In this document: piece after piece, positions 10,158-20,180 of the stretch | How positions within the stretch are numbered: the stretch's first letter is position 1 | Layout of the letters: each line of letters starts with the position of its first letter | Assembly (NCBI GenBank): GCA_964623775.1 | Contig: CAZUVH010000001.1 | Span: forward strand, 155,745-219,744 | Reading direction: 5' to 3' | DNA from: an uncultured Candidatus Saccharibacteria bacterium | GTDB lineage: Bacteria > Patescibacteriota > Minisyncoccia > Phycocordibacterales > UBA2100 | DNA length: 64,000 bases | The notes under the pieces: model-generated | Told to the model about the DNA's origin: nothing | The model's database searches: none | Seen by the model: the letters and a program-made list of their open reading frames with translations, nothing else | Translations under genes and position numbers: made by a program

Positions 10158-11611
10158 AGAAGGCTCTATATCTCACAACGACGCTCCCGTACGTAAATGC
10201 CGACCCTCATATCGGATTTGCGCTCGAGATCATGCAAGCTGATATCATCGCACGTTATCGCAAGCTCGCTGGCGATCAGGTGTTTTTCAATACCGGCACG
10301 GACGAACATGGGCAAAAAATCTACGAGGCGGCCCAAAAGGCGGGAAAGGCGACACAAGAATATGTAGACGAGTACGCGGCGAAGTTCCGACTACTCAAAG
10401 AAAGGCTCAATCTTGATCCTGCACTGCATTTCATCCGCACCACTGATCCGCACCACATGAGCGCGGCGCAGGAGATCTGGCGAAGGTGTTTTGCAAAAGG
10501 TGATATCGAAAAACGCACATACAAAGGCCTGTACTGCGTCGGAGACGAAGCGTTTATGAAAGAGTCCGATCTTGTCGACGGCCGTTGCCCGAATCATCCC
10601 AATATGGCACTCGTCGAACTCGAGGAAGAAAATTATTTCTTCCTGCTCAGCAAGTATCAAAAACCGCTGCTTGAGTATCTCTCCCGCGACGGTGTGATCG
10701 TCCCTGAATGGCGCCGCCAGGAAGCAATCAATTTTGTCCAAAAGGGCCTTGAAGACTTCTCGATCTCACGCGTGAAAGAGAAGATGCCCTGGGGTATTCC
10801 CGTGCCGGGAGATGACTCACAGGTGATGTACGTGTGGTTTGATGCGCTCACCAACTACATTTCCACGCTCGGCTGGCCGGAGGAGTCAGAGGGGGGCACC
10901 TTTGATACCTTCTGGACGAAGGGCGAGGTGATGCAGGTGGCGGGCAAGGATCAGGTGCGCTTTCAGTCGATCATGTGGCAGGCGATGCTCATGTCGGCGG
11001 GCGTAAAAAATACAGACAAGATTCTCTACCATGGCTTTATCACGAGCGGGGGGCAGAAGATGAGTAAGTCGCTCGGCAATGTGATCGATCCTATGACTAT
11101 TGTCGATGAGTACGGCATCGACGCGCTACGTTACTTCCTCGCGCTTCACATCCACCCGTTTGAAGACTCTGATTTCACCATGGAGCGTTTCAAAGAAGCA
11201 CACAATGCTGATCTTACGAATGGACTAGGTAATCTGGTGGCGAGAATTATGCGACTTGCAGAAACCCACCTTGATGGCGGCTTAAATAGCGATCAAATCT
11301 CAGAATCCCAATGGAAAGATATTCTACCTGAACACTACACCCAGGCTCTAGAGAGTTTTGATCTCAGTAAAGCCATGCGTGACTTACAGTTGAACATGAA
11401 GACATTAGACGAGTTTATCAACGATACGGAACCATTTAAGCAAGTTAAGACGAACCCTGATGCAGGCAAGGCAAACATTAAGTTGCTCCGAGAAGGCTTG
11501 TTCAGCATTGCTTACAGGCTGAAACCCTTTGTACCAAAGACGTCAGAAGTTATTCTCGAGGCCATTAACGCGAACAAAAAGCCGGAGAATCTTTTTCCTC
11601 GCAAAACATAA
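10154..11611 (+). CDS. metG: Methionine--tRNA ligase (short form, no C-terminal OB domain)
   Basis: YLTTTLPYVNADPHIG, GTDEHGQK, YVWFDAL and KMSKS; ATGA overlap with the upstream stop. Confidence 0.96.
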   Translation: MKKALYLTTTLPYVNADPHIGFALEIMQADIIARYRKLAGDQVFFNTGTDEHGQKIYEAAQKAGKATQEYVDEYAAKFRLLKERLNLDPALHFIRTTDPHHMSAAQEIWRRCFAKGDIEKRTYKGLYCVGDEAFMKESDLVDGRCPNHPNMALVELEEENYFFLLSKYQKPLLEYLSRDGVIVPEWRRQEAINFVQKGLEDFSISRVKEKMPWGIPVPGDDSQVMYVWFDALTNYISTLGWPEESEGGTFDTFWTKGEVMQVAGKDQVRFQSIMWQAMLMSAGVKNTDKILYHGFITSGGQKMSKSLGNVIDPMTIVDEYGIDALRYFLALHIHPFEDSDFTMERFKEAHNADLTNGLGNLVARIMRLAETHLDGGLNSDQISESQWKDILPEHYTQALESFDLSKAMRDLQLNMKTLDEFINDTEPFKQVKTNPDAGKANIKLLREGLFSIAYRLKPFVPKTSEVILEAINANKKPENLFPRKT

Positions 11612-11612
11612 T

Positions 11613-12236
11613 ATGAAAGGCATGGAGAGTGTAAGCGCACCCGAGAAAACAAAAGAAATCGGCGTAATTTCACCAGAGAAACCAGTCGAGTATCTCAAGG
11701 ACTTGTTTAATAAAACCCCTAACTTTTTATACACTGCAGCGGACATTCCTTCCGAAGAGGAGCGTGTGGCAAAGCAGGCGGAAGTACAAAAACATCGAGA
11801 GAGACTTGAAGCAGCATTACCGCATCTTCCAGAAATTGGTCGCGATTATGCGAATTTACTCCGTGCATTCTGCGATAAGTTGCAATTAAATCCGGGGAAG
11901 ATCAAAGTATATCTTGTCGGTGGTCGCGTGTATGGAAAATCTCTTGTCGAGACGAGCGACTTCGACCTCGTATTAACCGTTGAAAATCCCAGCCAAGGCT
12001 TACAGGCGACCCCCGCAGACTCTTCGACAGTCGCCTCGGCGAAGAGGGCACAGTACAAAGACTGGTCGAAGGGGTCCTTGGACATCGGCCGTAAATATAA
12101 ACTCAACGATGATGTAGATGGTCGTGAATCAAGTCTTCTTGAGCCCAAAGGGTTGGGATTGCAGACAGATAAGGAGTTTACAGCTGCAAATGCAGACACT
12201 CATGAACGTAAAGCCGTTTTAATTTACTCAGAGTAG
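11613..12236 (+). CDS. Putative Pol-beta superfamily nucleotidyltransferase-domain protein
   Basis: VYLVGGRVYG...SDFDLVL matches the hG[GS]x(9-13)DhD motif. Confidence 0.6.
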   Translation: MKGMESVSAPEKTKEIGVISPEKPVEYLKDLFNKTPNFLYTAADIPSEEERVAKQAEVQKHRERLEAALPHLPEIGRDYANLLRAFCDKLQLNPGKIKVYLVGGRVYGKSLVETSDFDLVLTVENPSQGLQATPADSSTVASAKRAQYKDWSKGSLDIGRKYKLNDDVDGRESSLLEPKGLGLQTDKEFTAANADTHERKAVLIYSE

Positions 12237-12328
12237 CGCCGAGAAACGTGCCTTCAGGCAAGGAGAAGTTTGCAAATCTACTCATAATGTGGAGAATGGC
12301 TGAGGAAAAGATCTAGAGGAGTGCTGAA

Positions 12329-12670
12329 ATGCCGGAAAATGTAGAGCCTTTCCGTTTTTCGATCTTGCCTCGCATGTTGCCGAGCGAGCATGACAAACTC
12401 AGGGCGTATTTGAGGACAGGCCCCGCTGCTGCGCAGAAAGTCGCCGCCACAATCGGCGCTTTCCTGCAGTCATACACTCATACAAATACTGCAGAGGAAG
12501 GTCTCGTTTTCTGTCTCGCTGTTCGTCTGGATATGTGCGATCTCTGGGAATACATAACCCCCCAGGACCTGCTCTCAGGGCTCGATCCGCAGCCTCTTCC
12601 AGGGATACGCGATGCATTCCTGGGTACGGGAGCATGGGCGAAGGGGCGCCCGAGTAACGTTTGTGCATAA
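12329..12670 (+). CDS. Hypothetical protein (SD-led orphan)
   Basis: 113-aa ORF with GAGGAG upstream and a hairpin downstream. Confidence 0.55.
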   Translation: MPENVEPFRFSILPRMLPSEHDKLRAYLRTGPAAAQKVAATIGAFLQSYTHTNTAEEGLVFCLAVRLDMCDLWEYITPQDLLSGLDPQPLPGIRDAFLGTGAWAKGRPSNVCA

Positions 12671-12734
12671 CATAAGGGCGCGGCCGGCAGGTTGCGCCCT
12701 CTGCTATAGTTAAGTTCCAAAAGCACGCGTTTGT

Positions 12735-13328
12735 ATGAAAAACGTAATCGGGAAACTTGAGAAGAATGTGCAGGGCATCCTTGCTCGTGAATCGACCGGG
12801 CACGACTGGTATCACATCGATCAAGTGCGCAAAATGGCACTGCGGATCGCTGAAAAAGAAGGCGGCGATGCGCTTGTTGTCGAGATAGCCGCACTCGCAC
12901 ACGATGTTGGCGATCACAAGCTACACGGCTCAAAAGAAGTGGGACGGAAAATAACGTGCCGCGTGCTTGAAGTGGCTGGTCTGGAGAGGAAGATGTTTGA
13001 TGATGTTATGCATATCATCGACACGATGTCGTTCTCGGGCGGCAAAGTACCAGACTCGCTTGAAGGGAAGATCGTCCAGGACGCAGATCGCTTGTACGCG
13101 CTTGGCGCGATCGGCATTGCGCGAGCGTTTGCATACGGTGGTCACAAGGGGCGCCCAATCCATGATCCTAAGGGGAAGGGAGCGACGATCGACCATTTCT
13201 ATGAGAAGCTCCTCCTTCTGCAAGACAAAATGAATACAAAGACGGGCCGAAAGATTGCCCGAAGCAGACATGATTATATGGAAAAATTCTTGAAGCGGTT
13301 TTATGCCGAGTGGAACGCAGAAGATTGA
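12735..13328 (+). CDS. HD-domain phosphohydrolase (YedJ-like)
   Basis: GHDWYHIDQV, ALAHDVGD, VQDADRLYALGAIGIAR and HFYEKLL. Confidence 0.92.
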   Translation: MKNVIGKLEKNVQGILARESTGHDWYHIDQVRKMALRIAEKEGGDALVVEIAALAHDVGDHKLHGSKEVGRKITCRVLEVAGLERKMFDDVMHIIDTMSFSGGKVPDSLEGKIVQDADRLYALGAIGIARAFAYGGHKGRPIHDPKGKGATIDHFYEKLLLLQDKMNTKTGRKIARSRHDYMEKFLKRFYAEWNAED

Positions 13329-13386
13329 TTTTTCTCGCAAGGAGTAATGTCGCATGCTATTCTCCTCAAAGATTTAGGAGGCGAAA

Positions 13387-13674
13387 ATGGGTCACTTTTG
13401 GCTTGGCGACGATGTGCTTGATCGATATGTCCTTTTCGTGCTCCGCGGAATAAATGACGGCACCTGCGTGCAGGTGACTCGGCGCGTGAGACGCATACTC
13501 ACGGCGCCCGACATGAATGGACGTGCCCTGGTTTTGTCGAACCAGATTAAGCCGGATAATGAAGATGTGTGGTGCTCGCTCCAGCGAGCTGTGGTGCGCA
13601 AGTGTGCAGAAAAGTTCTTTTGTTCGATAAGACAAGATATTAGATACAAAGCTCTGCCGCTCACGCGGCAGTAA
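13387..13674 (+). CDS. Hypothetical protein (SD-led orphan)
   Basis: AGGAGG 6 nt before ATG; TG-c-TATTCT extended -10 upstream. Confidence 0.5.
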   Translation: MGHFWLGDDVLDRYVLFVLRGINDGTCVQVTRRVRRILTAPDMNGRALVLSNQIKPDNEDVWCSLQRAVVRKCAEKFFCSIRQDIRYKALPLTRQ

Positions 13675-13730
13675 AAGGCAGGATGATCTCCTGCTTTTTC
13701 TATTGGCGGTGTTTGATAGGATGTACCTAC

Positions 13731-14540
13731 ATGAAATATTTTGACGCCCATACACACGTGAATTTCGTCGCATACAAAGACGATTGCGAGGCGACGATAC
13801 GGCGCGCCAAGGATGCCGAAGTGGGAATGAATGTGGTCGGTACGCAGTTTGATACATCAAAGGATGCGGTGGCGCTTGCCGAGAAATACGACAACGTGTA
13901 CGCGACGATCGGTCTCCATCCGATACATACATCGAAGTCGTATCATGATCAAAAAGAGCTCGGCGAGGGCGGCAAAGAATTCACGTCGCGCGGAGAAGAT
14001 TTCGACATGTCCGCATATAGAGAGTTGGGACAAAGCCCGCGCGTCATCGCAGTAGGGGAATGCGGCCTCGATTATTATCGCGTCGACAAAAGCACGAAAG
14101 ACATTCAGGTGGAAGCGTTCGTAGAGCAGATTGAGCTCGCTAACGAATTAGGGAAGCCATTGATGCTTCACATCCGCAATGCATACGACGACGCGCTCGA
14201 GGTCATCAAGGCACATGCCAAGGTGCGCGGCGATGTGCATTTCTTTGCCGGCGACTGGAATACAGCCAAGAAATTCCTTGATATCGGCTTCACACTCTCA
14301 TTTACGGGCGTCATCACCTTTACGCACGATTACGACGACGTGATCAAAAACGCCCCGCTCGGCATGCTCCTTTCCGAGACCGATGCGCCCTATGTGACTC
14401 CCGTGCCGTACCGTGGCAAGCGCAATGAACCGGCCTATGTGACACAGGTCGTGCGCCAGGTAGCCCTGATCCGGGGAGAGGATGAAGAGACAGTGCGATC
14501 CCAGATCATCAAGAACGCAAACCGGGTCTTTGGAGTGTAG
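13731..14540 (+). CDS. tatD: TatD family hydrolase
   Basis: DAHTH, GLHP, GECGLDY and ETDAPY motifs. Confidence 0.95.
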   Translation: MKYFDAHTHVNFVAYKDDCEATIRRAKDAEVGMNVVGTQFDTSKDAVALAEKYDNVYATIGLHPIHTSKSYHDQKELGEGGKEFTSRGEDFDMSAYRELGQSPRVIAVGECGLDYYRVDKSTKDIQVEAFVEQIELANELGKPLMLHIRNAYDDALEVIKAHAKVRGDVHFFAGDWNTAKKFLDIGFTLSFTGVITFTHDYDDVIKNAPLGMLLSETDAPYVTPVPYRGKRNEPAYVTQVVRQVALIRGEDEETVRSQIIKNANRVFGV

Positions 14541-14602
14541 GGGATTTGAGGCCTCATATTTTGTTGCGATAGCCCCGGGGCTATGTTAAAGTGCCCCCAC
14601 AT

Positions 14603-15115
14603 ATGGCAGAGCATGCAGTTTTAGAAACAACCGAAAACGAAGCCGCTGAGGCGGTTATTCGCATTTACGAGGTCGGCTACCATCTGGCGCCGACGATCAA
14701 GGAGGAGGATGTTGAGGGTGTCGTAGGGGGTATTCGCTCCGTTATCGAAAAGGCGGGCGGTTCCTTTATTGCCGAGGGCGCCCCTACACTTACGCGTCTC
14801 GCATTCACAATTTCAAAACAGGAGAAAGGTAAGCGCGTAGATTACGATCGAGGCTATTTCGGCTGGATCAAATTCGAAGCTTCGATCGATACCGTCGACA
14901 AACTTGAGGCAGCATTGAAGCGCAGTGCCGATCTTGTACGCTTTATCGTCTTCCAGACCGTCCGCGAAGATACGCGCGCCAAGATCAAGGCTCCGACACT
15001 TCGCGATGTGAAGCGCACCGATGTCATCAAGTCTGCTACTCGTGCCGAGGAAACCTCTGCACCTGTATCTGAAGAAGACCTCGACAAGGCTCTCAAGGAT
15101 CTCACCGAAGAATAA
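14603..15115 (+). CDS. rpsF: 30S ribosomal protein S6 with C-terminal extension
   Basis: YEVGY...LAFTI...GYFGWIKF; synteny with ssb and rpsR. Confidence 0.9.
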   Translation: MAEHAVLETTENEAAEAVIRIYEVGYHLAPTIKEEDVEGVVGGIRSVIEKAGGSFIAEGAPTLTRLAFTISKQEKGKRVDYDRGYFGWIKFEASIDTVDKLEAALKRSADLVRFIVFQTVREDTRAKIKAPTLRDVKRTDVIKSATRAEETSAPVSEEDLDKALKDLTEE

Positions 15116-15120
15116 GACGT

Positions 15121-15570
15121 ATGTATCTCAACAAGGCAATGATTTTCGGCAACATCACGCGCGATCCCGAGCTTCGCGCATTGCCTTCAGGTATGAATGT
15201 CTGCAGCTTCTCTGTCGCGACCAATCGCGTCTACAAAGATCGTGACGGCAAGAAGCAGGAGCAGACCGATTTTCATAACATTGTTGTCTTTGGCCGTCAG
15301 GCAGACACCGTAAATCAGTACCTCAAGAAGGGTAGCTCAGTCTTCGTAGAAGGCCGCATCCAGACCCGCAGTTGGGAGGGAAAAGACGGCGAGAAGAAAT
15401 ACCGCACCGAGATCGTCGCTGACCGTGTCCAATTCGGACCTCGTAGTGGCGGTGGGGGAGGTGGCGGAGGGAAACGCGCAGATGAGCCCGATCATCACGA
15501 GGAGTCATCCCCAAGCTCGGGCATCGATTATCCGAAAGATGACATTAATCCAGACGACATTCCGTTCTAA
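15121..15570 (+). CDS. ssb: Single-stranded DNA-binding protein
   Basis: LNKAMIFGNITRDPE at the N-terminus; DDIPF at the C-terminus. Confidence 0.98.
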   Translation: MYLNKAMIFGNITRDPELRALPSGMNVCSFSVATNRVYKDRDGKKQEQTDFHNIVVFGRQADTVNQYLKKGSSVFVEGRIQTRSWEGKDGEKKYRTEIVADRVQFGPRSGGGGGGGGKRADEPDHHEESSPSSGIDYPKDDINPDDIPF

Positions 15571-15594
15571 AGACTAAAGAAAAAAATAAAAAAT

Positions 15595-15792
15595 ATGTCC
15601 AACATTCTCACACAAAATGATATCCGACACGTCGATTACAAAGACGTAGATCTCTTGAAGCAATTCATCAATCCGCACGGCCGCATCGTATCGCGCCGCC
15701 GCTCCGGCCTCACGGCCAAGCAGCAGCGAGCGGTAGAAGCTGCCATCAAACGCGCGCGCTTCATGGCCCTCCTGCCTTTCATCCAGAAGTAA
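15595..15792 (+). CDS. rpsR: 30S ribosomal protein S18
   Basis: [11 protein letters not shown]...[13 protein letters not shown]. Confidence 0.97.
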   Translation: MSNILTQNDIRHVDYKDVDLLKQFINPHGRIVSRRRSGLTAKQQRAVEAAIKRARFMALLPFIQK

Positions 15793-15806
15793 AAAGAAAC
15801 GCGAAG

Positions 15807-15832
15807 AAGCCCGGGACCTCCCGGGCTTTTTT
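15807..15832 (+). terminator. Intrinsic terminator of rpsF-ssb-rpsR
   Basis: AAGCCCGGGA-cc-TCCCGGGCTT followed by TTTT. Confidence 0.85.
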
Positions 15833-15862
15833 GTTGAAACGCACGTTATAATTATTGAGCGT

Positions 15863-16435
15863 ATGTCCGTCCATCGTCACTATCCGCGCAATCGTATCCC
15901 CGTGCTTGAAACACTTGAGGCGTGGATCATCCTTGGTGGAGCGGTTTTAGCCATATGGCTCGCTTTCAATGAGCCGTTCGTGCACGATCTCGTCTCGCAG
16001 ACGGTAAAGCTCGGTTTTTTTGCGAGCTTTGTCATGGGTTTTTTCTTTACGTCTACACTCACGACAGTGCCGGCAATTGTCGCCATTATGGAAAGCGCAT
16101 CCCACATACCGGCATGGGAGCTTGCGATCGTCGGAGGGTTGGGCGCCGTCTGCGGGGATCTGTTGCTCTTTCGTTTTGTGCGCAGCCGTGTCGCCGAGCA
16201 CATATTGAGAGCGTGTACGAGCCCCGCACTCATGCGCCTTGGTCGGGCGGTCAGCAGGGGACCGCTCTGGTGGATCGTACCCGCCCTTGGTGCCATAGTC
16301 GTTGCGTCGCCGCTACCCGATGAACTAGGGATCATGATGATGGGCGTTTCGCACCTGCGACTCTATCAATTCATCCCGATTGTATTTTTTGCCAATGCAA
16401 GCGGTATTTTCCTCATCGCTCTCGCTGCGATGTAG
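15863..16435 (+). CDS. Membrane protein (DedA/VTT-like)
   Basis: Multi-TM; GAVCGDLLLFRF and ASPLPDELG. Confidence 0.7.
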   Translation: MSVHRHYPRNRIPVLETLEAWIILGGAVLAIWLAFNEPFVHDLVSQTVKLGFFASFVMGFFFTSTLTTVPAIVAIMESASHIPAWELAIVGGLGAVCGDLLLFRFVRSRVAEHILRACTSPALMRLGRAVSRGPLWWIVPALGAIVVASPLPDELGIMMMGVSHLRLYQFIPIVFFANASGIFLIALAAM

Positions 16436-16504
16436 GTATGTTGCATTGACCCGTCTATCACCCTAATGTAGCTTGTTGCAAGGGATCACAACAAGGAGGT
16501 CACG

Positions 16505-16864
16505 ATGTCAGCTGATCAAAGGTCGTTTCAAATGGAATTGGGCCGTTTGGTCGTGCTGGCCTTACGTACCAATCTCGACTTACTTTCCGCTCGGATCTAT
16601 CTGCAGCAAATTCCTGCGACGACGTGGGACTATTTGTTCGGCACCAGCGACATGTCGCCCGAATTTGAGAAGTCCGTCGAAAATCTCGGGAAGTCTTCAA
16701 AGCTTCTCGAAACAGAGTCGAAGAAATTCCTTTCAGAGATCGAGCAGAGCAAAATAGTATTGAACAGTGATTCCCGGACGCTGCTTCAAGAATTCGTGAA
16801 AATTCTAGTACAACTTCAAAAAGGTCTAGAAAATCTAGCGGCTGAGCATAAGGCCCTGCGCTGA
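16505..16864 (+). CDS. Hypothetical alpha-helical protein (SD-led orphan)
   Basis: AAGGAGGT upstream; terminator at 16871-16899. Confidence 0.65.
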   Translation: MSADQRSFQMELGRLVVLALRTNLDLLSARIYLQQIPATTWDYLFGTSDMSPEFEKSVENLGKSSKLLETESKKFLSEIEQSKIVLNSDSRTLLQEFVKILVQLQKGLENLAAEHKALR

Positions 16865-16927
16865 ATATTCAAGAGCCCCGAGTAATTCGGGGCTCTTTTA
16901 AGTACCAGAGAACCCCGCACGGGGTTC

Positions 16928-17045
16928 TTCAGCTTTGAGCAGCGATAGAGTGCGGGGGTGAATGGAACCGCTACGAACACACGACCGCAGGTCGTGGTTC
17001 GCCGGTCCCATGAGAACCCGACACCCCAAACAGCGAATGAACATT
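16928..17045 (-). ncRNA. Candidate rod-shaped structured RNA (alternatively a 48-aa ORF)
   Basis: Nested pairings with G-U wobbles on the minus strand; -10-like TAGTGT upstream; hairpin at 16908-16930 downstream. Confidence 0.4.
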
Positions 17046-17160
17046 TGTCCGGATACACTAACTTTACGCACATGCGGAAAGATAATGTGGGTTCTCATGA
17101 GACCAAAGGAAACCCCGCAGGAACTGCGGGGAGGAGGTCATTGTTTTTTTGTAGGTATCT

Positions 17161-17727
17161 TTAAACGCGCTCGACGTATTCACCAGTCTCAGTATTGATT
17201 CGGATGACGTCACCCTGCTTTACAAACATCGGCACGTTGAGTGTCGCTCCGGTCTCGAGTTCAACGATCTTCGATCCGCCTTGCGCTGTGTTGCCGCGCA
17301 CATCCGGTGGAGCTTCCGTGACTTTGAGCTCGATCTTGATCGGAAGTTTTACACCGAAGATTTTTTCGTCAAAAGAGAGCGTCTCGACCTCGGTATTTGC
17401 TTTGAGGAATTTGCCTGACTCGCCGACCATTTCGTCGGCGATTGTGAAGCGTTTGGATTTGTCCTTCTGGTCATGGAAGACCCATTCATTCTTGCGCTCA
17501 TCATGGAATATAAAAACCGCCGGCTTTTTCACGATTTCAGCCTCAGTGAGCTTGTCGTTTTGCTGGAATGAGTGCTCGATGGAATTGCCTTTGATGAGAT
17601 GGCGCATCTTGGTCTGATTGACCGGACGGCGCTGTTGCTTCTGCATGATGTTATTCCATGTGCAGACATATGGTTCACCCTCGATAATGACCGCCACCCC
17701 TGGCTTTACCTCGTTGTAGTTCAACAT
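17161..17727 (-). CDS. efp: Elongation factor P
   Basis: PPDVRGNTAQGGSK, LETGATLNVPMFV and INTETGEYVER. Confidence 0.95.
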   Translation of the reverse strand: MLNYNEVKPGVAVIIEGEPYVCTWNNIMQKQQRRPVNQTKMRHLIKGNSIEHSFQQNDKLTEAEIVKKPAVFIFHDERKNEWVFHDQKDKSKRFTIADEMVGESGKFLKANTEVETLSFDEKIFGVKLPIKIELKVTEAPPDVRGNTAQGGSKIVELETGATLNVPMFVKQGDVIRINTETGEYVERV

Positions 17728-17817
17728 AGTGAGCCGATTTTATGGGAAAAAACCACTTTTGTCCACCAGGTAAAAAAAGGTAGAGCCGGGCATATTACAT
17801 GCCCGGCCCAGATCTAC

Positions 17818-18255
17818 TCATTCAACTTCGAAGCAATAATCTCTCAATTTTGCGCGAGTAAATGCGTTCAGCGTTTTCTTGTTCGGTTCGTTTGTCCACT
17901 CGCAGCGCAAGCCATTTGGCAAATTGCCAGCGACTGGTTTCGAGTCGGTCATGAACAGGTGATACTCGGTCTCCTCACCACGATGGGAGAGGGACCGCTT
18001 CGACTTTTCACTGACCACATCGATTTCTTCAATGTTGTCGAGGTTGCCCACGATCCGATGAATTGCGTCCAGTGGTGTCTCAGTCGGCTTTCCGTCGGGG
18101 CCGACACGGATCACTTCCTGAGGGAAGTGCCAATGTCTTCCATCTTTTGTCGCGAGGAGCACCTCGCCCGGCTTCGTCGCAAAGAGGCAAGCGACTTCTC
18201 GCACTGCCTGCTTTTTTCCGAACAACCACTGTAGGATGAATTCTATTATCCGCAT
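17818..18255 (-). CDS. Hypothetical protein, degenerate NUDIX-like fold (SD-led orphan)
   Basis: VLLATKDGRHWHFP...ETPLDAIHR lacks the EE residues of the Nudix box; TTGACT/TATAAT promoter and AAGGAGGT upstream. Confidence 0.6.
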   Translation of the reverse strand: MRIIEFILQWLFGKKQAVREVACLFATKPGEVLLATKDGRHWHFPQEVIRVGPDGKPTETPLDAIHRIVGNLDNIEEIDVVSEKSKRSLSHRGEETEYHLFMTDSKPVAGNLPNGLRCEWTNEPNKKTLNAFTRAKLRDYCFEVE

Positions 18256-18376
18256 TCTTTCGGACCTCCTTTTCCCAGGTATAATTATAGCATACTTACA
18301 TACTAAGTCAAATATGCGTATTGTTGTCTGATGGAAATAGTGCTTAGATACGACCAGAAACCCGTGAGGAAACAAG

Positions 18377-18655
18377 ATGACCAAGGTCACCGATTTCAAG
18401 ACCTACCGAGACAAAAAATTGCGTGAAAAGCATGTGCCGCGACACTTCGGTCATCCGCCGCAGGCATCTCCGCAGAAGAGTAAAAAGGTGCTTATGCTTG
18501 CTGCGGCCGCTATGGTCGGTGTCGTAGCGTACCAGCTACACTTCGTAATCCTGCCGTATGTGTGTGCAATCGCATGCGTCGTTATTGTGGCCCGTTTGGC
18601 ACGTCCAACGGCCCACACAGCGGATAAGCCCGAACAGCCAGGGGGAGCTGCATGA
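18377..18655 (+). CDS. Hypothetical protein, 2 TM
   Basis: 92-aa ORF; hairpin at 18671-18697 downstream. Confidence 0.55.
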   Translation: MTKVTDFKTYRDKKLREKHVPRHFGHPPQASPQKSKKVLMLAAAAMVGVVAYQLHFVILPYVCAIACVVIVARLARPTAHTADKPEQPGGAA

Positions 18656-18702
18656 GGCGATCGGCCCCTTAAAAGCCCCGCTTTCGCGAGGCTTTTTCTT
18701 TA

Positions 18703-19050
18703 TTATCCTATTTTATCGGCAACAACAAATAACCCAGAAGTAACCACCATGACAGACGCCACAATATATATTGTGATGAATATAAGAAGTATCCTGATAA
18801 ATCGGCTCGATGGTAGTACTGCACGCGCGGGAAACATGGGAGGCTGCTGTCCTCGCTCGATCTCTTCTAAGTCTACGGAGAAGTAATATTGCATAGCCCC
18901 AAGTACACCAAAAAAAGCACCAAACAACATCATTATTGCCAGTACGTACGGGTCGCGTACGCCGTAGTAGAAAAACACCTGCGTCAGGGATAGAAGACTG
19001 AACACAAGTATGAAAGCGCCAAGGCCAAGAAGTCGATGATATTTTTTCAT
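18703..19050 (-). CDS. Hypothetical membrane protein, 3 TM
   Basis: Hydrophobic 115-aa ORF downstream of recA. Confidence 0.6.
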   Translation of the reverse strand: MKKYHRLLGLGAFILVFSLLSLTQVFFYYGVRDPYVLAIMMLFGAFFGVLGAMQYYFSVDLEEIERGQQPPMFPARAVLPSSRFIRILLIFITIYIVASVMVVTSGLFVVADKIG

Positions 19051-19115
19051 TAGGATAGGGGCACAATTTGCCGCTACCTCATTTTATCACTGCGTTCGGC
19101 GAGCTCTCTTCTCAC

Positions 19116-20180
19116 TTATTCGTCAGCGGTTGCGGCGGTCTTAGCCAGGGGACCACCTTCGGCGAGCGCTTTTTTGATATCTTTGATGAGTTGGTTGATG
19201 ACGGGCTTGTTCTCGCGCAAGAATGTGCGCGCCGCATCGTAGCCGCGACCCATCTTGATCTCACCAATCGAATAGGCACCACCAGAAGATTTCTGTACGA
19301 GGCCAAGCTTCTCGCCGAGTGCGAGTGATTCACCCTCGCGCGAGATACCTTCACCGTACATCATGTCGAATTCAGTCTGACGGAAAGGTGCAGCGACTTT
19401 GTTTTTTACAATCTTTACGCGGTGGCGGCCACCCATCACCTCATCGCCCTTCTTGATCTGCGCAATGCGACGGATGTCGACGCGGACCGATGTGTAGAAT
19501 TTGAGCGCCTTGCCTCCCGGAGTCGTCTCGGGATTGCCAAACATGACGCCGATCTGCATGCGGATTTGATTGATGAAAATAATGACCGTCTTTGTCTTGG
19601 AGACGATCGCGGTGAGCTTGCGGAGCGCCTGACTCATGAGGCGAGCTTGCTTGCCCACGTGCTGCGCACCCATATCGCCCTCGATCTCGTCTTTGGGGGT
19701 GAGTGCTGCGACGGAGTCGATCACGATGACATCGATCTTGCCTGATCGCACGAGCGACTCGGTGATCTCGAGCGCCTGCTCACCGGTGTCCGGCTGCGAT
19801 ACGAGCAACTCCTCGATCTTCACGCCGAGTTTCTTGGCATACTCCGGATCAAGCGCGTGCTCGGCATCAATGAATGCGCATACGCCGCCCTTTTTTTGCG
19901 CTTCGGCGATCACGTGGAGGGAGAGGGTGGTCTTACCTGAAGACTCAGGTCCAAAAATTTCAATGATGCGTCCTCGCGGCATGCCGCCGATACCGAGCGC
20001 CCAGTCGACACCGATTGAGCCCGTAGAAATCGCGTTTACATCCACTTTCGGCTGCGCGCCGAGCATCATGATCGATTCATCACCGAATTTTGTCTTGATC
20101 GAGGCGAGCGCGCGCTCAATGTCGGCATCTGATCCGGTGCCGGTAACTTTGGGAGGAGCCTTTACTTTTTTCTTTGGCAT
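19116..20180 (-). CDS. recA: Recombinase RecA
   Basis: [27 protein letters not shown] and [10 protein letters not shown]. Confidence 0.99.
   Translation of the reverse strand: MPKKKVKAPPKVTGTGSDADIERALASIKTKFGDESIMMLGAQPKVDVNAISTGSIGVDWALGIGGMPRGRIIEIFGPESSGKTTLSLHVIAEAQKKGGVCAFIDAEHALDPEYAKKLGVKIEELLVSQPDTGEQALEITESLVRSGKIDVIVIDSVAALTPKDEIEGDMGAQHVGKQARLMSQALRKLTAIVSKTKTVIIFINQIRMQIGVMFGNPETTPGGKALKFYTSVRVDIRRIAQIKKGDEVMGGRHRVKIVKNKVAAPFRQTEFDMMYGEGISREGESLALGEKLGLVQKSSGGAYSIGEIKMGRGYDAARTFLRENKPVINQLIKDIKKALAEGGPLAKTAATADE

Noticed and set aside
16928-17045. SRP (4.5S) RNA
   Set aside because: The conserved domain IV motif (CAGG...GNAA...AGCAG) is absent on both strands.
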